A DNA stretch of 47,774 nt from positions 1 through 47,774 of the forward strand of contig CAJWCW010000001.1 in the NCBI GenBank assembly GCA_913030615.1, given 5' to 3'. The stretch comes from an uncultured Gammaproteobacteria bacterium (GTDB taxonomy: Bacteria > Pseudomonadota > Gammaproteobacteria > Pseudomonadales > Azotimanducaceae). Each line of letters begins with the position of its first letter. Position 1 is the stretch's first letter. The notes beneath the pieces were generated by a model that saw nothing but the letters and a program-made list of their open reading frames with translations, was not told where the DNA came from and did no database searches. Both the position numbers and the translations under genes were made by a program. Below, in pieces: positions 9,556-18,996 of the stretch.

Positions 9556-9600
9556 ATATAAAAATTAAAATTAATCTAATTATCAATAATTTACATAACT
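9556..9600 (+). promoter_or_regulatory. Extreme AT tract directly abutting the CoA-transferase ATG (promoter/UP element or A/U-rich leader)
   Basis: 45 nt with 4 C and no G (atataaaaattaaaattaatctaattatcaataatttacataact). No Shine-Dalgarno motif before ATG 9601, although other genes here have GGAGG-type sites. Confidence 0.3.
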
Positions 9601-12006
9601 ATGTTATCTCCATATCGAGTACTTGATCTAACGACTGACGCGAGCATGTTTTGCGGGTATTTGCTTGCCCATCTGGGTGCAGAAGTCATATCGATCCCAC
9701 CGCCTGGTGAACCAATTAACCGACTGCTCAATCCAATGCTCGCCGGGTCCGAGCGCAGCCTGTGGTCCGAAGCGTACGCGAGGGGTCGAACACATCTTGA
9801 CCTGGATCTTGGCCGCGAGCCGGATCGAGGGGTGGTTCATGATCTAGTGGAGCACGCGGACATCGTGATCCACGGTTTTAACGAACGGGTCGCAGCCGAA
9901 AATGGGTTGGCGTACGACGTTCTCCGCTCGTTAAACCCGAGCGTCATCGTTGTCGCGATTACGGCGTTTGGCGGGACTGGCCCGAAAACCGAATGGCCGG
10001 CGACTGATTTGACGGTGTGGGCGTCTAGCGGCGCTCATTTCCTGGCCGGCGACTCTGACCGGGCGCCGGTACGTACCTCGGTACCGCAGGCGTTTTTCCA
10101 TGCGGGCGCCGATGCCGCCGGTGCCGCTCTCATTGCCCTTTATGAACGCCATCGGAGTGGCTTGGGTCAGCACGTGGACGTGTCAGCACAGCAGTCGTCG
10201 GCACAGGCTGCTTTGGCAGCTAATCTGGCAACGCCCAATGGTGGCGATTTGACCATTAATCGTACTGCGGGGGGGTTGGCGGGACTGTTTCCCATTCGGC
10301 TCACCTGGCCCTGCAAGGACGGGTATGTCGCCCTCACGTTTCTTTTTGGCCCACCATTTACTGAGCCAAATAAGCGGCTGCTTAACTGGCTATACGAAAA
10401 CGGTGCGTGCACGGAGGCCGAAGCGGGGTTGGACTGGGGTTTGGAAATTGCGGCGATGAATGCTGCAGGAAAATCGCCAGAACCATATTTTGCCTTATGC
10501 AACAAGATTGAACAGTTCACGTTGTTGCGAACGCAATCGGAGCTTTTTGAAGAAGGATTGCAAAGGGGTATTTACATCGCGCCAGCATTGGACATCGGTG
10601 GGTTGATGCAGGAAGAACATTTCAAGGCGCGGGATTTTTGGCACGCGATCGAAGTCAGCGGACGCGATGTCGTTGTTCCCGGCGCGTTCGCGAAATTTTC
10701 CGATACACCGCTCAAAATACCAGCTTCGGTCACGGCCCCTGTGCTGCCCGCCAGATTGAAAAAGCGGACTGGTCCGAAACCGACATCTGAGTCGCAGTCG
10801 AGTACCGCGCCGCCGTTAGCTGGACTTAAAGTTCTCGACTTTATGTGGGTCATCGCGGGTCCGTTCTTCACTCGAGTCCTGGCGGACTATGGCGCGACCG
10901 TCATTAAGATTGAGTCGAGCACGAAACTTGAGCCGGCGCGTGGTCAACCGACATTCAAAAACGGTGAACCAGGTCTTGAAGCAGGCGTTCCGTTCGCGAA
11001 CTTTAATGCCGGAAAGCTTGGGATCACTGTTGATCCGTCCAACCCTGCGGGACGCGAGGTGATTCTCGACCTAGTCCGTTGGGCAGACGTTGTGACCGAA
11101 TCGTTCTCGCCCAAAGCGATGAAAGCTTGGAATCTTGACTACGACGCGTTGCGTGAGGTGAACCCAAACATCATCATGGTTTCGAGTTGTCTTATGGGTC
11201 AAACGGGGCCGCGGGCGCAAGTTCCGGGATACGGAAATATGGCCGCAGCGCTTACTGGTTTTTACGATCTGACCGGTTGGTCTGACCGATCGCCCGCAGG
11301 TCCCTATCTTGCGTATACCGACGGCGTGTCGCCTCGGTTTATGCTGGCGTCGTTGTTGGCGGCATTGGATCACCGTCGACGAACGGGAAGAGGCCAACAC
11401 ATTGATCTGTCGCAGGCGGAAGCGGCCATGCACTTGTTAGTTCCTGCGATTCTTGATTATCAGTTGAATGATCATGTTTGGCACCGTGATGGGAATCGGG
11501 ATCTTGATCTATGCCCGCACGGTGTATATCCGGCTCTGGGCACCGATAGTTGGATCGCCATTGCTTGTCAAACCGATCGAGCATGGGTCGCGTTGCAGCG
11601 GGCAATAGGCTGGGTCGTGGACGAGTCCTTGACGACGGTAGATGCACGGCGTTTACATCAGGATGAACTGGATCAGCGCATCCAGGAATGGACCGTGACA
11701 CAAGACGCGCGGTCAATCGAGGCGATTCTGGTCGATGCTGGGGTGGCGGCTCACGTGGTGCAGAATTCAGCCGAGTGTTGGACCGATCCCCAGCTAGCGC
11801 ATCGGCAACACTTTGTTCGAGCGGAGCACTCGTCGTTGGGTGATCTCGTGGTCGAGGGATCACGATTCAAGCTCTCCCGTACTCCGGCCGATACCCACCG
11901 AGCGGGTCCGGAGCTTGGTGAACACAACGTTCATGTGCTAGAGACCATATTGGGTTACGAGCCAGATCGACTTGCCGATGTCTTCGCTTCGATGGCGATG
12001 GAATAG
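9601..12006 (+). CDS. Tandem-domain family III (CaiB/BaiF) CoA-transferase
   Basis: 801 aa with two complete CaiB/BaiF halves. Half 1: YRVLDLTTDASMFCGYLLAHLGAEVISI ... GADAAGAALIALYERHRSGLGQHVDVS. Half 2: LKVLDFMWVIAGPFFTRVLADYGATVIKIES ... YTDGVSPRFMLASLLAALDHRRRTGRGQHIDLS. Confidence 0.85.
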   Translation: MLSPYRVLDLTTDASMFCGYLLAHLGAEVISIPPPGEPINRLLNPMLAGSERSLWSEAYARGRTHLDLDLGREPDRGVVHDLVEHADIVIHGFNERVAAENGLAYDVLRSLNPSVIVVAITAFGGTGPKTEWPATDLTVWASSGAHFLAGDSDRAPVRTSVPQAFFHAGADAAGAALIALYERHRSGLGQHVDVSAQQSSAQAALAANLATPNGGDLTINRTAGGLAGLFPIRLTWPCKDGYVALTFLFGPPFTEPNKRLLNWLYENGACTEAEAGLDWGLEIAAMNAAGKSPEPYFALCNKIEQFTLLRTQSELFEEGLQRGIYIAPALDIGGLMQEEHFKARDFWHAIEVSGRDVVVPGAFAKFSDTPLKIPASVTAPVLPARLKKRTGPKPTSESQSSTAPPLAGLKVLDFMWVIAGPFFTRVLADYGATVIKIESSTKLEPARGQPTFKNGEPGLEAGVPFANFNAGKLGITVDPSNPAGREVILDLVRWADVVTESFSPKAMKAWNLDYDALREVNPNIIMVSSCLMGQTGPRAQVPGYGNMAAALTGFYDLTGWSDRSPAGPYLAYTDGVSPRFMLASLLAALDHRRRTGRGQHIDLSQAEAAMHLLVPAILDYQLNDHVWHRDGNRDLDLCPHGVYPALGTDSWIAIACQTDRAWVALQRAIGWVVDESLTTVDARRLHQDELDQRIQEWTVTQDARSIEAILVDAGVAAHVVQNSAECWTDPQLAHRQHFVRAEHSSLGDLVVEGSRFKLSRTPADTHRAGPELGEHNVHVLETILGYEPDRLADVFASMAME

Positions 12007-12045
12007 AGACGATCTAAAAAGCAAAAACTCGGGTTCATAGCACCT

Positions 12046-12408
12046 TTAGATCCATACGTCGTTCACTGCTGTTTGTTCGCCGCCGGCACTTCCGGTATTT
12101 ACGACGCCGCGTGGTTCGACAAGCAAGACTTTACATTCCTCAGTCGCAAAGGGTCGATGTAATCGGCCCCTTGGAACCACCGCCATTTCACCCTCATTTA
12201 ACTCAACGGTTTTATCGCTCAATTCGATACCCATACTGCCCTCGATCACGATAAAGACCTCGTCGGTTTCCGTATGGTTGTGTCGAACAAATGAGCCCTT
12301 GAGCTTAACGAGTTTGAATTGGTAGTCGTTCATTTCCGCGACGACTTTGGGTGACCAATGGTCGGAAAATAGATCAAACTTGGACAATAAATTGATGGGG
12401 TCGTTCAT
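12046..12408 (-). CDS. Cupin domain protein
   Basis: 120 aa. [21 protein letters not shown] ... [10 protein letters not shown] matches the cupin two-motif pattern. Confidence 0.75.
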   Translation of the reverse strand: MNDPINLLSKFDLFSDHWSPKVVAEMNDYQFKLVKLKGSFVRHNHTETDEVFIVIEGSMGIELSDKTVELNEGEMAVVPRGRLHRPFATEECKVLLVEPRGVVNTGSAGGEQTAVNDVWI

Positions 12409-12465
12409 AGGTTGAGCCTTCGATCGGTGTCGAGATTTGATGTCTTGAATTGTAGCGGGCGAGCT

Positions 12466-13110
12466 TTAGAGGCCGCTCGATTCGGACTCGGCTCGCGTTC
12501 GCTGGGAAATCGATCCGATGTCGGGGTAGAGGCTTCGTAACAAGCCGTTCTTTAGGCCGTAAATCCAGCCGTGAATCTGGAGGGAATTTTGATGTCGCCA
12601 CGCGTGTTCTATCGATGGTGTTCGGCAAAGTGACAACATTTGTTTACGTACATTGAGTTCCGTCATTCTGTCTTTGGCGGTTTCTAGACTGCCCTTCAAA
12701 AGATCACCTTTGTTGTGATCCCAAAGTGCGCGAACGCCATCGAGCCAATCGTCTAGGGGCCCCTGGGTGATGTCGCCCATCGCAGCATGGACGCCCGCAC
12801 AACCATAATGGCCGCAGACGATGACATGGCGAACCTGAAGCACGCGGACGGCGAAATCAACAACGGACATGCAGTTCAGATCGCTTTCATTGATGACGTT
12901 GGCGATGTTGCGATGAACGAACAACTGTCCCGGCGGCAGTCCTGTGATCTGATTGGGAGTCACTCGACTATCAGAGCAGCCGATCCAGAGATATTTTGGC
13001 GTTTGTTGAGACGCCGTTCGCACGAAAAAATCGGGATCTTCGCGCGTGACCTCCGCGACCCATTGCCGATTGTTCTTGAACAGAGTTTCAATTTCGTGAT
13101 CTTGGGACAT
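12466..13110 (-). CDS. can: Beta-class carbonic anhydrase
   Basis: WIGCSDSRV and VCGHYGCAGV zinc-ligand motifs. ATG 13110 (MSQDHEIETLFKNN...) gives the usual N-terminus. The track start 13137 is an upstream TTG. Confidence 0.85.
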   Translation of the reverse strand: MSQDHEIETLFKNNRQWVAEVTREDPDFFVRTASQQTPKYLWIGCSDSRVTPNQITGLPPGQLFVHRNIANVINESDLNCMSVVDFAVRVLQVRHVIVCGHYGCAGVHAAMGDITQGPLDDWLDGVRALWDHNKGDLLKGSLETAKDRMTELNVRKQMLSLCRTPSIEHAWRHQNSLQIHGWIYGLKNGLLRSLYPDIGSISQRTRAESESSGL

Positions 13111-13143
13111 CGTTGAACTCACCATGCTTATATACAAATTAGG

Positions 13144-14247
13144 TCAGTGCGGACTCTGGACCGGAGTGGGGTCATCCAGGAACTGGAAATGTGTCACCTC
13201 ACAGCGCGCATTGGTTCGCAATACTGGACCCCAAGTCCCCGTGCCAGGTGACACGTATAAACGCAGATCACCCACGTCGAACGATCCGTGCAAGCGCGGA
13301 TGAACTCGCTTGACGAGATAATTAAACGGAAATATTTGACCGCGATGTGTGTGGCCCGACACCATGAGTTGTATACCCCAATCTGCCGCGTCCTCTGCGC
13401 CCTCCGGTCGATGGTAAAGCAGAACTCGGTATCGATTGTTTAGCTTTGGCAGGTTGCGGAGACCTTTTTTCACGGTGTCCCTTGCTTCCGCGTCGTCGAG
13501 ACCAATGAACTGAAACGGATCGGCGTCCACGGCTTCGTTTCGTAACACAATGACATTGAGGGCTCTTAAATGCCTGATGATGCGCTCAGTGTCTGCATAA
13601 CGCTCGTGGTTACCGAGAATGAAATATGCCGTTGCGTCGAGCTCGGCCAAAGAGCGCAAATCGTCTTCGTCGATATCGTCGTCGACAAGATCGCCCGTGA
13701 TTAACACCGCGTCGGCTTGCAATTCGTTGACACGTTTAACAATCCGGCGCAAGAACGTTGGACGACGGGATCCAATGTGAACGTCAGTGATCTGTACCAG
13801 TGACCTGCCTTCTAAATTTCTGCCGGCGATCAGCGGAATAGGTCGAACCTTTAACAGTTGCGCGTTGATCAGTCCCCAACTACCTAATATCAAGATGGCG
13901 GTCAGGCCGATGAGGCCGACAGTCGTATCGTCGACGGGCACAATCAGACGAAAGATCTCTAGAACAACCACTACGGGTAAGAGTTGGAAACAAAGGCCCA
14001 TCCACGTCATGGCGAGGACGGCGACTCGCCGAGTCAAGGCCCCTGGGAATTTTGAAGAGACAACGCGGGCCGCTGGGGGCAGAACGAGAAGAACGAGTAA
14101 CTCTATCGTTCCGGGTTGCCAGTTTGGAATCAGCCAGTCGATCAGACGAATCAGCGGATAAATCAGCAGGGCAAAATAAAGCGTGGTAGCCACGAGGGTC
14201 GTAACGACGCGACGTCTTAGTGTACGAAGATTCAAGGAGAGCGCCAT
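13144..14247 (-). CDS. Membrane-anchored metallophosphoesterase
   Basis: N-terminal TM segments, then DVHIG, GDLVDD, GNHE, GHTHRGQ. ATG 14247 avoids overlap with the upstream gene. The track start 14352 is a TTG. Confidence 0.8.
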   Translation of the reverse strand: MALSLNLRTLRRRVVTTLVATTLYFALLIYPLIRLIDWLIPNWQPGTIELLVLLVLPPAARVVSSKFPGALTRRVAVLAMTWMGLCFQLLPVVVVLEIFRLIVPVDDTTVGLIGLTAILILGSWGLINAQLLKVRPIPLIAGRNLEGRSLVQITDVHIGSRRPTFLRRIVKRVNELQADAVLITGDLVDDDIDEDDLRSLAELDATAYFILGNHERYADTERIIRHLRALNVIVLRNEAVDADPFQFIGLDDAEARDTVKKGLRNLPKLNNRYRVLLYHRPEGAEDAADWGIQLMVSGHTHRGQIFPFNYLVKRVHPRLHGSFDVGDLRLYVSPGTGTWGPVLRTNARCEVTHFQFLDDPTPVQSPH

Positions 14248-14293
14248 AAGGAGAATAAGACGTTGATCGAAGCATGCATGTCTTGTCCAAAGA

Positions 14294-15517
14294 TCACGCG
14301 TCGTGAGCTCTGCGTTTGGCAGCCCGTTCGAGCTTGAAGGTTTTGAGAGCAAGCCGCGGTAAACCGAGCGGATTCTTAAGGAACTTGCGAAGGATCAATC
14401 GTCGCATGTGGGGGGTACCCGAGAATATGCTTTCTCGCTGGCCGTGGCCGGTATGGATCGCCAAGGTTGGTACGTCAATCACGTCAAGTTTCACGCGCAG
14501 TGAGAGTGTTTCGGTTTTCGGCAGGAGACAGATCGAGTCATCGCACGCCTGATAGCGAAGCACCACATTGATATCTGCTGTGTCCTGATCGAGGGGGCGC
14601 GTTTCACTTGCCAGCGAACCCACCGCGTAAAAGGGGACGACGATGTCGACTTCGCCACTCCATATCCGAAGCTCAATGTTGGTACTTTTCAGAATGAGTG
14701 TCTCTGCGGGTGGGAAAATGGGGTCTTCAAACACTAAACCTGCGGAGCCAGAAATAGTGACCGTGGTGGGGACCATATCGTTGGGTACGGGTTCCCCGTA
14801 GATATGGAGGCCCGAGGGCAATTCGAAGCGAGCAACAAGATGTCTAATGATTCCCTGTCGTATTGTGCCTCGGCCGCCGCGGACAGATATAGAAACTGGG
14901 ATTTCCGGATCCTTATTGCTTACGTTCGGCTCGTCGCCAGTCAGTTGAATCCTGCCCTCTGCCGCGTCGAGTAGGTTTTCGGGGCTGTCCCGCTTTTTGT
15001 AGGTGTCGTGAAAAAACTTTGCGGTGACGACGCCTGATTCGTCAGTAACGTACGCTCCTGGAAATGGAATGCCCTCAAGAAAGGCATCCCCGCGACCGAC
15101 CTGATCGTTGAGGATGCCGTAGCGGCGGATCACTTTAGAGTCGATATCCGAAAGGAGTGGGTACGGGATCTCCTGCTTTTGACTGAACTCGCGGAGTATC
15201 TCTTGGTCGTCGTAGGAGATGGCATAGAGTTTGATGCCCGCCGACTGGAATTTTGGGTATGCGTCGCGAAGCTCGCCGAGCTGCGTCCAGCAAGGCGGTC
15301 ACCAAACGGCCGATCGAAAAAAAACGACGACGGCTTTGCAGTTGGCACGACTCTGGTGGAAATCAATGAGATCACCGTACGCATTGGGCAGTTGGAAATT
15401 TGGGAGCCGCTCGCCAACCTCAGGACCGGTTAAGTGGCCGCGAGGTAGCCCTGCTCGACCGGGATGCCCCAACGGTGCGGGAGCATCGAAACCGTGGTGA
15501 TCGCGTTCTACCGTCAC
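14294..15517 (-). CDS. Predicted selenoprotein: AhpC/TSA-redoxin domain with U-P-P-C motif fused to a DsbD-alpha-like domain (in-frame TGA at 15299-15301)
   Basis: Track ORFs 15299..15517 and 14294..15133 share one frame. Codon-by-codon translation of 15134-15298 shows no other stop. The junction reads VVVFFRSAVW-TGA-PPCWTQLGELRDAYPKFQSAGIKLYAISYDD. The C-terminal half has VVLRYQACDDSICLLP. GTG start 15517 with GGGAG 4 nt upstream. 407 codons, U at residue 73. Confidence 0.75.
15265..15285 (-). promoter_or_regulatory. Candidate bacterial SECIS hairpin for the redoxin UGA
   Basis: The mRNA segment CGCAGCUC-GGC-GAGCU(UC)GCG forms 8 bp with a 2-nt bulge. The G-rich apical loop begins 21 nt after the UGA. 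Folded by eye only. Confidence 0.4.
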
Positions 15518-15671
15518 GTAACTCCCTTTTCTTCTGGTGCGTCAAACGACTGACATATCAAGTCTATCAATGTGTGGACGGGTTGTTGTGCCAGCGGGTC
15601 GTCGAGGCGTACGAGATCGTTGGATAAGGGCGAATCAGCGCAACCGTTACACCCATTTTAAGGGCCATCGA

Positions 15672-16967
15672 TCAATCAATGATGGCCTGTTGAACGGCAT
15701 TGCCGAAATCGTATTGCGCCGGCCTGTACGGTTGCTGAAGCATCAACACTGCCGCCAGTTCTTCGATCGGGTCGGTCCATGATTGTGTCCCGAATGCGCC
15801 ACCCCAGCCAAATGCGCCTGCGCTGCGGCGGCTGCCTGCAATGATGGGATCAATTACTACCGCAACCGTGTAACCGTACCCCATGCCGTTTTGGTTGCGA
15901 GAGAAACTTCGGTACAAATCGCCAATGTGATTGCTTCCCAAGGTTCTTACCGTTCTTGGACTTAGTAATTGTCGCCCAAACAATTGGCCGCCGCCGACCA
16001 GCATTTGTTCAAATCTAAGATAGTCTTCGGCAGTACTGGACAGTCCGCCTGAGGCGGAAAAAAAAGTTGTCAGGGGTCGGTTCGACCAGTTGGATCGATT
16101 GCGAATCACGACTCGTCGTGACGTTTTATGGTCGGGAACATTAAAATGGGTGTCTCGCATCCCTAACGGCTCGAATATGCGGTCGTGTACGAACTGGTTG
16201 AACGCTGTACCCGAAACGATTTCAACAATTCGAGCTACTACGTTGAGACCGATGCCGGGGCTGTACGACCAGCGGGAACCCGGCTGAAAATCGAGAACGT
16301 ACTGTGCGTACTTGGGGACTTCAGTAGCGAGTGTGGCGCTCGAATCCCTTCTGGGGCGCTTCGATATCGCGTTTCCCAATCCGCCGCTGGCTAAACCGGA
16401 CGTGTGGGTCAACAGATCGTGTATCGTAATTTCTCGGTTTGCTGGGACTAATCGATGTGCCGGAGGGTCTCGTCGATTGACTCTGACCGGACTGATGTCT
16501 TGGTCCAGGGGCTCGTTTAAGACAGCAACTTGCATCGCTTTGAATTCAGGGATGTATTTTGAAACGGGATCGCGAGGCCGCAAAAGACCTTCTTCAACCA
16601 ACATGAGCGTGGCCACACCAAGGATTGGCTTCGTCGAAGACGCCATCCGAAATATGGCGTCCGCTTCCATCGCCCGGTCATTGTCGACATCCATCAAGCC
16701 GTGTGTCTCAAAATGGACGACTTTGCCGCGTCGAGCCACGGCGGTGACAGCACCCTGTATTCGTCCCGTGTCGATGTGTCGTTGCATCGCGGTGGCGATA
16801 CGACGCAGACGTTGACTCGACATACCTACATCTTCAGGTCGAGCCGTTGGTAATGCCTGAGGGCGTTCTAACTGTGTCACCGACTTGGAAGCTAGTAAGG
16901 CACCTTGTTCGACGCCGGAGGCGGCAACAGCCCATCCCAATCCGATGATCAGCCAAAATTTGCTCAT
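15672..16967 (-). CDS. Serine hydrolase, beta-lactamase/PBP4-like (class C fold), exported
   Basis: Signal peptide MSKFWLIIGLGWAVAASG. S-x-x-K motif ASSTKPILG. HTSGL and WSYSPG motifs. Confidence 0.85.
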   Translation of the reverse strand: MSKFWLIIGLGWAVAASGVEQGALLASKSVTQLERPQALPTARPEDVGMSSQRLRRIATAMQRHIDTGRIQGAVTAVARRGKVVHFETHGLMDVDNDRAMEADAIFRMASSTKPILGVATLMLVEEGLLRPRDPVSKYIPEFKAMQVAVLNEPLDQDISPVRVNRRDPPAHRLVPANREITIHDLLTHTSGLASGGLGNAISKRPRRDSSATLATEVPKYAQYVLDFQPGSRWSYSPGIGLNVVARIVEIVSGTAFNQFVHDRIFEPLGMRDTHFNVPDHKTSRRVVIRNRSNWSNRPLTTFFSASGGLSSTAEDYLRFEQMLVGGGQLFGRQLLSPRTVRTLGSNHIGDLYRSFSRNQNGMGYGYTVAVVIDPIIAGSRRSAGAFGWGGAFGTQSWTDPIEELAAVLMLQQPYRPAQYDFGNAVQQAIID

Positions 16968-17104
16968 GGTCCCTGCGCTCCGATCGATCGGTTGCTTACG
17001 AAGTACAAACGTACGCTTGCGGGTACAAATTAATCAAACTGAAATGGACGCAAGATCGTGGCTTAATTAAGTGTTCCGTTCGGAGAGATGCCTAGATCAG
17101 CTCG

Positions 17105-18484
17105 ATGCCAATTGCGACACACGACAACGGCAGTTTCTGGTTTGATTCGCTTGAATCTTTGCCCGAACCCGAAAAACCATCTTCTTTGCCGAGAGCGACC
17201 GATGTGGCGATTATTGGAGCTGGTTTCACCGGTTTATGGACGGCGTACTACCTAAAGCAACGGCGGCCTGATCTCTCCATCGCTATTTTTGAAGCAGTAA
17301 CCGTTGGATATGGTGCTAGCGGCAGAAATGGTGGGTGGTGTATGGGGCTCGCCATGGGGATTGAAGATCTGTTGGCGAAACCTGAAACGCGGCACGTAGG
17401 GATTCAAGTTCTTCGGGCGATGCACGAAACTGTCGATGAGGTTGGTCGCGTTTGTCAGGCTGAGAACATCGATTGTCACTACCAAAAAGGCGGCACGCTC
17501 ACTGTCGCGACACTGCCTTTTCGTGCGAAACGTATGCGGGATCGGGTCGAACGCTTCCACAGCATGGGTTTCTCCAAAGACGATTACCGCTGGTTGCCCG
17601 CGAGTGAGGCAAAGAGGCACATCAACTGTGCATCAAATTATGGGGCTAGCTATACCCCGCATTGTGCGGCCATACACCCGGCGAGGTTAGTCAAAGGATT
17701 AGCCGAGCGAGTTCGAGAGCTGGGTGTGGCCATTCACGAGTTGACGCCTGTGACCAATTTCGAGCCCGGACGAATTCACACCGAAGTCGGATCAGTCGAC
17801 GCGTCGATCGTACTTCGTGCTACCGAGGGATATACCGATTCGCTAAGCAATCAAAAGCGCCGAGTTATGCCGCTCTATTCGATGATGGTCGCCACCGAAC
17901 CGTTAGAGCGCGGGATGTGGGAGGAAATTGGTTTAACCCAGCGGGAAACCTTCGGCGATGGACGTCGAGTCGTGACATATGGACAGAGGACGCTTGATAA
18001 CCGCATAGCATTTGGAGGTCGAGGCAGTTATTACTTTGGTTCTGAACGTAAACCGAGGATATCGCCCGAGGATCCAATGCTGGACGTCGTGGAGCAGAAC
18101 TTGCGCGATTTCTTTCCGATTCTTCACGATGTCGAAGTTACGCACCGATGGGGCGGATTGATGGGTGTCAGCAGACACTGGCGACCGAGCGTGTTGTTTG
18201 ATCGGCATACCGGACTCGGGAGCGCTGGTGGGTATGTGGGGGAAGGTGTTGCCGCAAGCAATCTGGCGGGTCGGACTCTTTCGGACCTGGTGACCGGAGA
18301 GAATTCGGATCTCGCTCGACTTCCATGGGTGGGTGACGACCCCGATCGTTGGGAACGCGAACCGCTACGCTGGGCCGGAGCCAAGGCGGTCAAGTTTTTC
18401 GGGGACCGCGCGGACCGAAAAGAACGAGATTCCAATGCTCCTTCTAGACTCTGGGGCGGATTATTTGATCGTTTGGTTGGCTAA
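17105..18484 (+). CDS. FAD-dependent oxidoreductase (DAO family, PuuB/OrdL-like)
   Basis: Rossmann motif DVAIIGAGFTGLWTAYYL. 459 aa, a length and layout typical of gamma-glutamylputrescine-oxidase-like enzymes. Confidence 0.85.
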   Translation: MPIATHDNGSFWFDSLESLPEPEKPSSLPRATDVAIIGAGFTGLWTAYYLKQRRPDLSIAIFEAVTVGYGASGRNGGWCMGLAMGIEDLLAKPETRHVGIQVLRAMHETVDEVGRVCQAENIDCHYQKGGTLTVATLPFRAKRMRDRVERFHSMGFSKDDYRWLPASEAKRHINCASNYGASYTPHCAAIHPARLVKGLAERVRELGVAIHELTPVTNFEPGRIHTEVGSVDASIVLRATEGYTDSLSNQKRRVMPLYSMMVATEPLERGMWEEIGLTQRETFGDGRRVVTYGQRTLDNRIAFGGRGSYYFGSERKPRISPEDPMLDVVEQNLRDFFPILHDVEVTHRWGGLMGVSRHWRPSVLFDRHTGLGSAGGYVGEGVAASNLAGRTLSDLVTGENSDLARLPWVGDDPDRWEREPLRWAGAKAVKFFGDRADRKERDSNAPSRLWGGLFDRLVG

Positions 18485-18600
18485 TGTAGGCTCGTCGGAC
18501 GGTCTCCTTATCTCCTTCAAGTAGTTACTCGATATGATGGGGCGAGTTAATCTAAGTCCTTGTTCCCAGCGACCAAAGCCAATTAGACGGAGAGTCATAG

Positions 18601-18996
18601 GTGAAGGTGACACGATTTTTTACGACCGAAGACGGCGGTTCGGCTTTTGATGAGTTGGACATTCCGGTGGTGATAAGTACTACCGATGCTTGGGCGAACG
18701 AGCTCCAATTTAGCGAAGCGTTTGCTTCTCCCAACGTTCGGATCTTTGAAGCTCCAGTGGACGCGTTCCAGGATTGGCATAACGCGCCGACCCGTCAACT
18801 GTGCATCATGCTGGAAGGCATTTGGGAGATCGGAACGACAGACGGGGACAAGCAACGTTGGGGTCCCGGCGAAGTCTTTATGCCTGACACCGTTGCGGGT
18901 CAGGGGCATACAAGTAGGGTCGTGGAGGGGCCGGTGAGGATGGTCTTTGTACCGGTCCCCGCTGAGGTAGACATAGCTTCGTGGCACATGGATTGA
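18601..18996 (+). CDS. Small cupin-like protein
   Basis: 131 aa. GTG start directly after an in-frame TAG. WHNAPTRQLCIMLEGIWEIGTTDGDKQRWGPGEVFMPDTVAGQGHTS resembles a cupin barrel. Confidence 0.55.
   Translation: MKVTRFFTTEDGGSAFDELDIPVVISTTDAWANELQFSEAFASPNVRIFEAPVDAFQDWHNAPTRQLCIMLEGIWEIGTTDGDKQRWGPGEVFMPDTVAGQGHTSRVVEGPVRMVFVPVPAEVDIASWHMD

Noticed and set aside
9127-9600. A tRNA or tRNA-Sec (selC), or a small protein gene, hidden in the long intergenic region
   Set aside because: The CTTCAAG at about 9361 lacks complementary anticodon-stem flanks. GGTTCG-containing stretches lack T-arm pairing. The 24-codon ORF (MRVSTRRKIPLVGAIKRIKNANSH, minus strand) matches no small-protein family that I know. 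The 12-nt palindrome GACCGCGCGGTC (9171-9182) has no T-run.
13135-13146. Metallophosphoesterase TGA stop (13146..13144) is in frame with the carbonic anhydrase ORF, separated by only two codons: a possible third recoding or fusion
   Set aside because: The carbonic anhydrase has its own ATG (13110) giving the standard family N-terminus. There is no redox motif at the TGA. Same-frame adjacency has a one-in-three chance expectation.
15130-15433. Track ORFs 15130..15417 (-) and 15179..15433 (+) covering the gap between the two redoxin fragments
   Set aside because: They are out of frame or antisense to the continuous redoxin frame. Their translations are Ser/Arg-rich with no domain features. The third frame gives a perfect thioredoxin-fold sequence.
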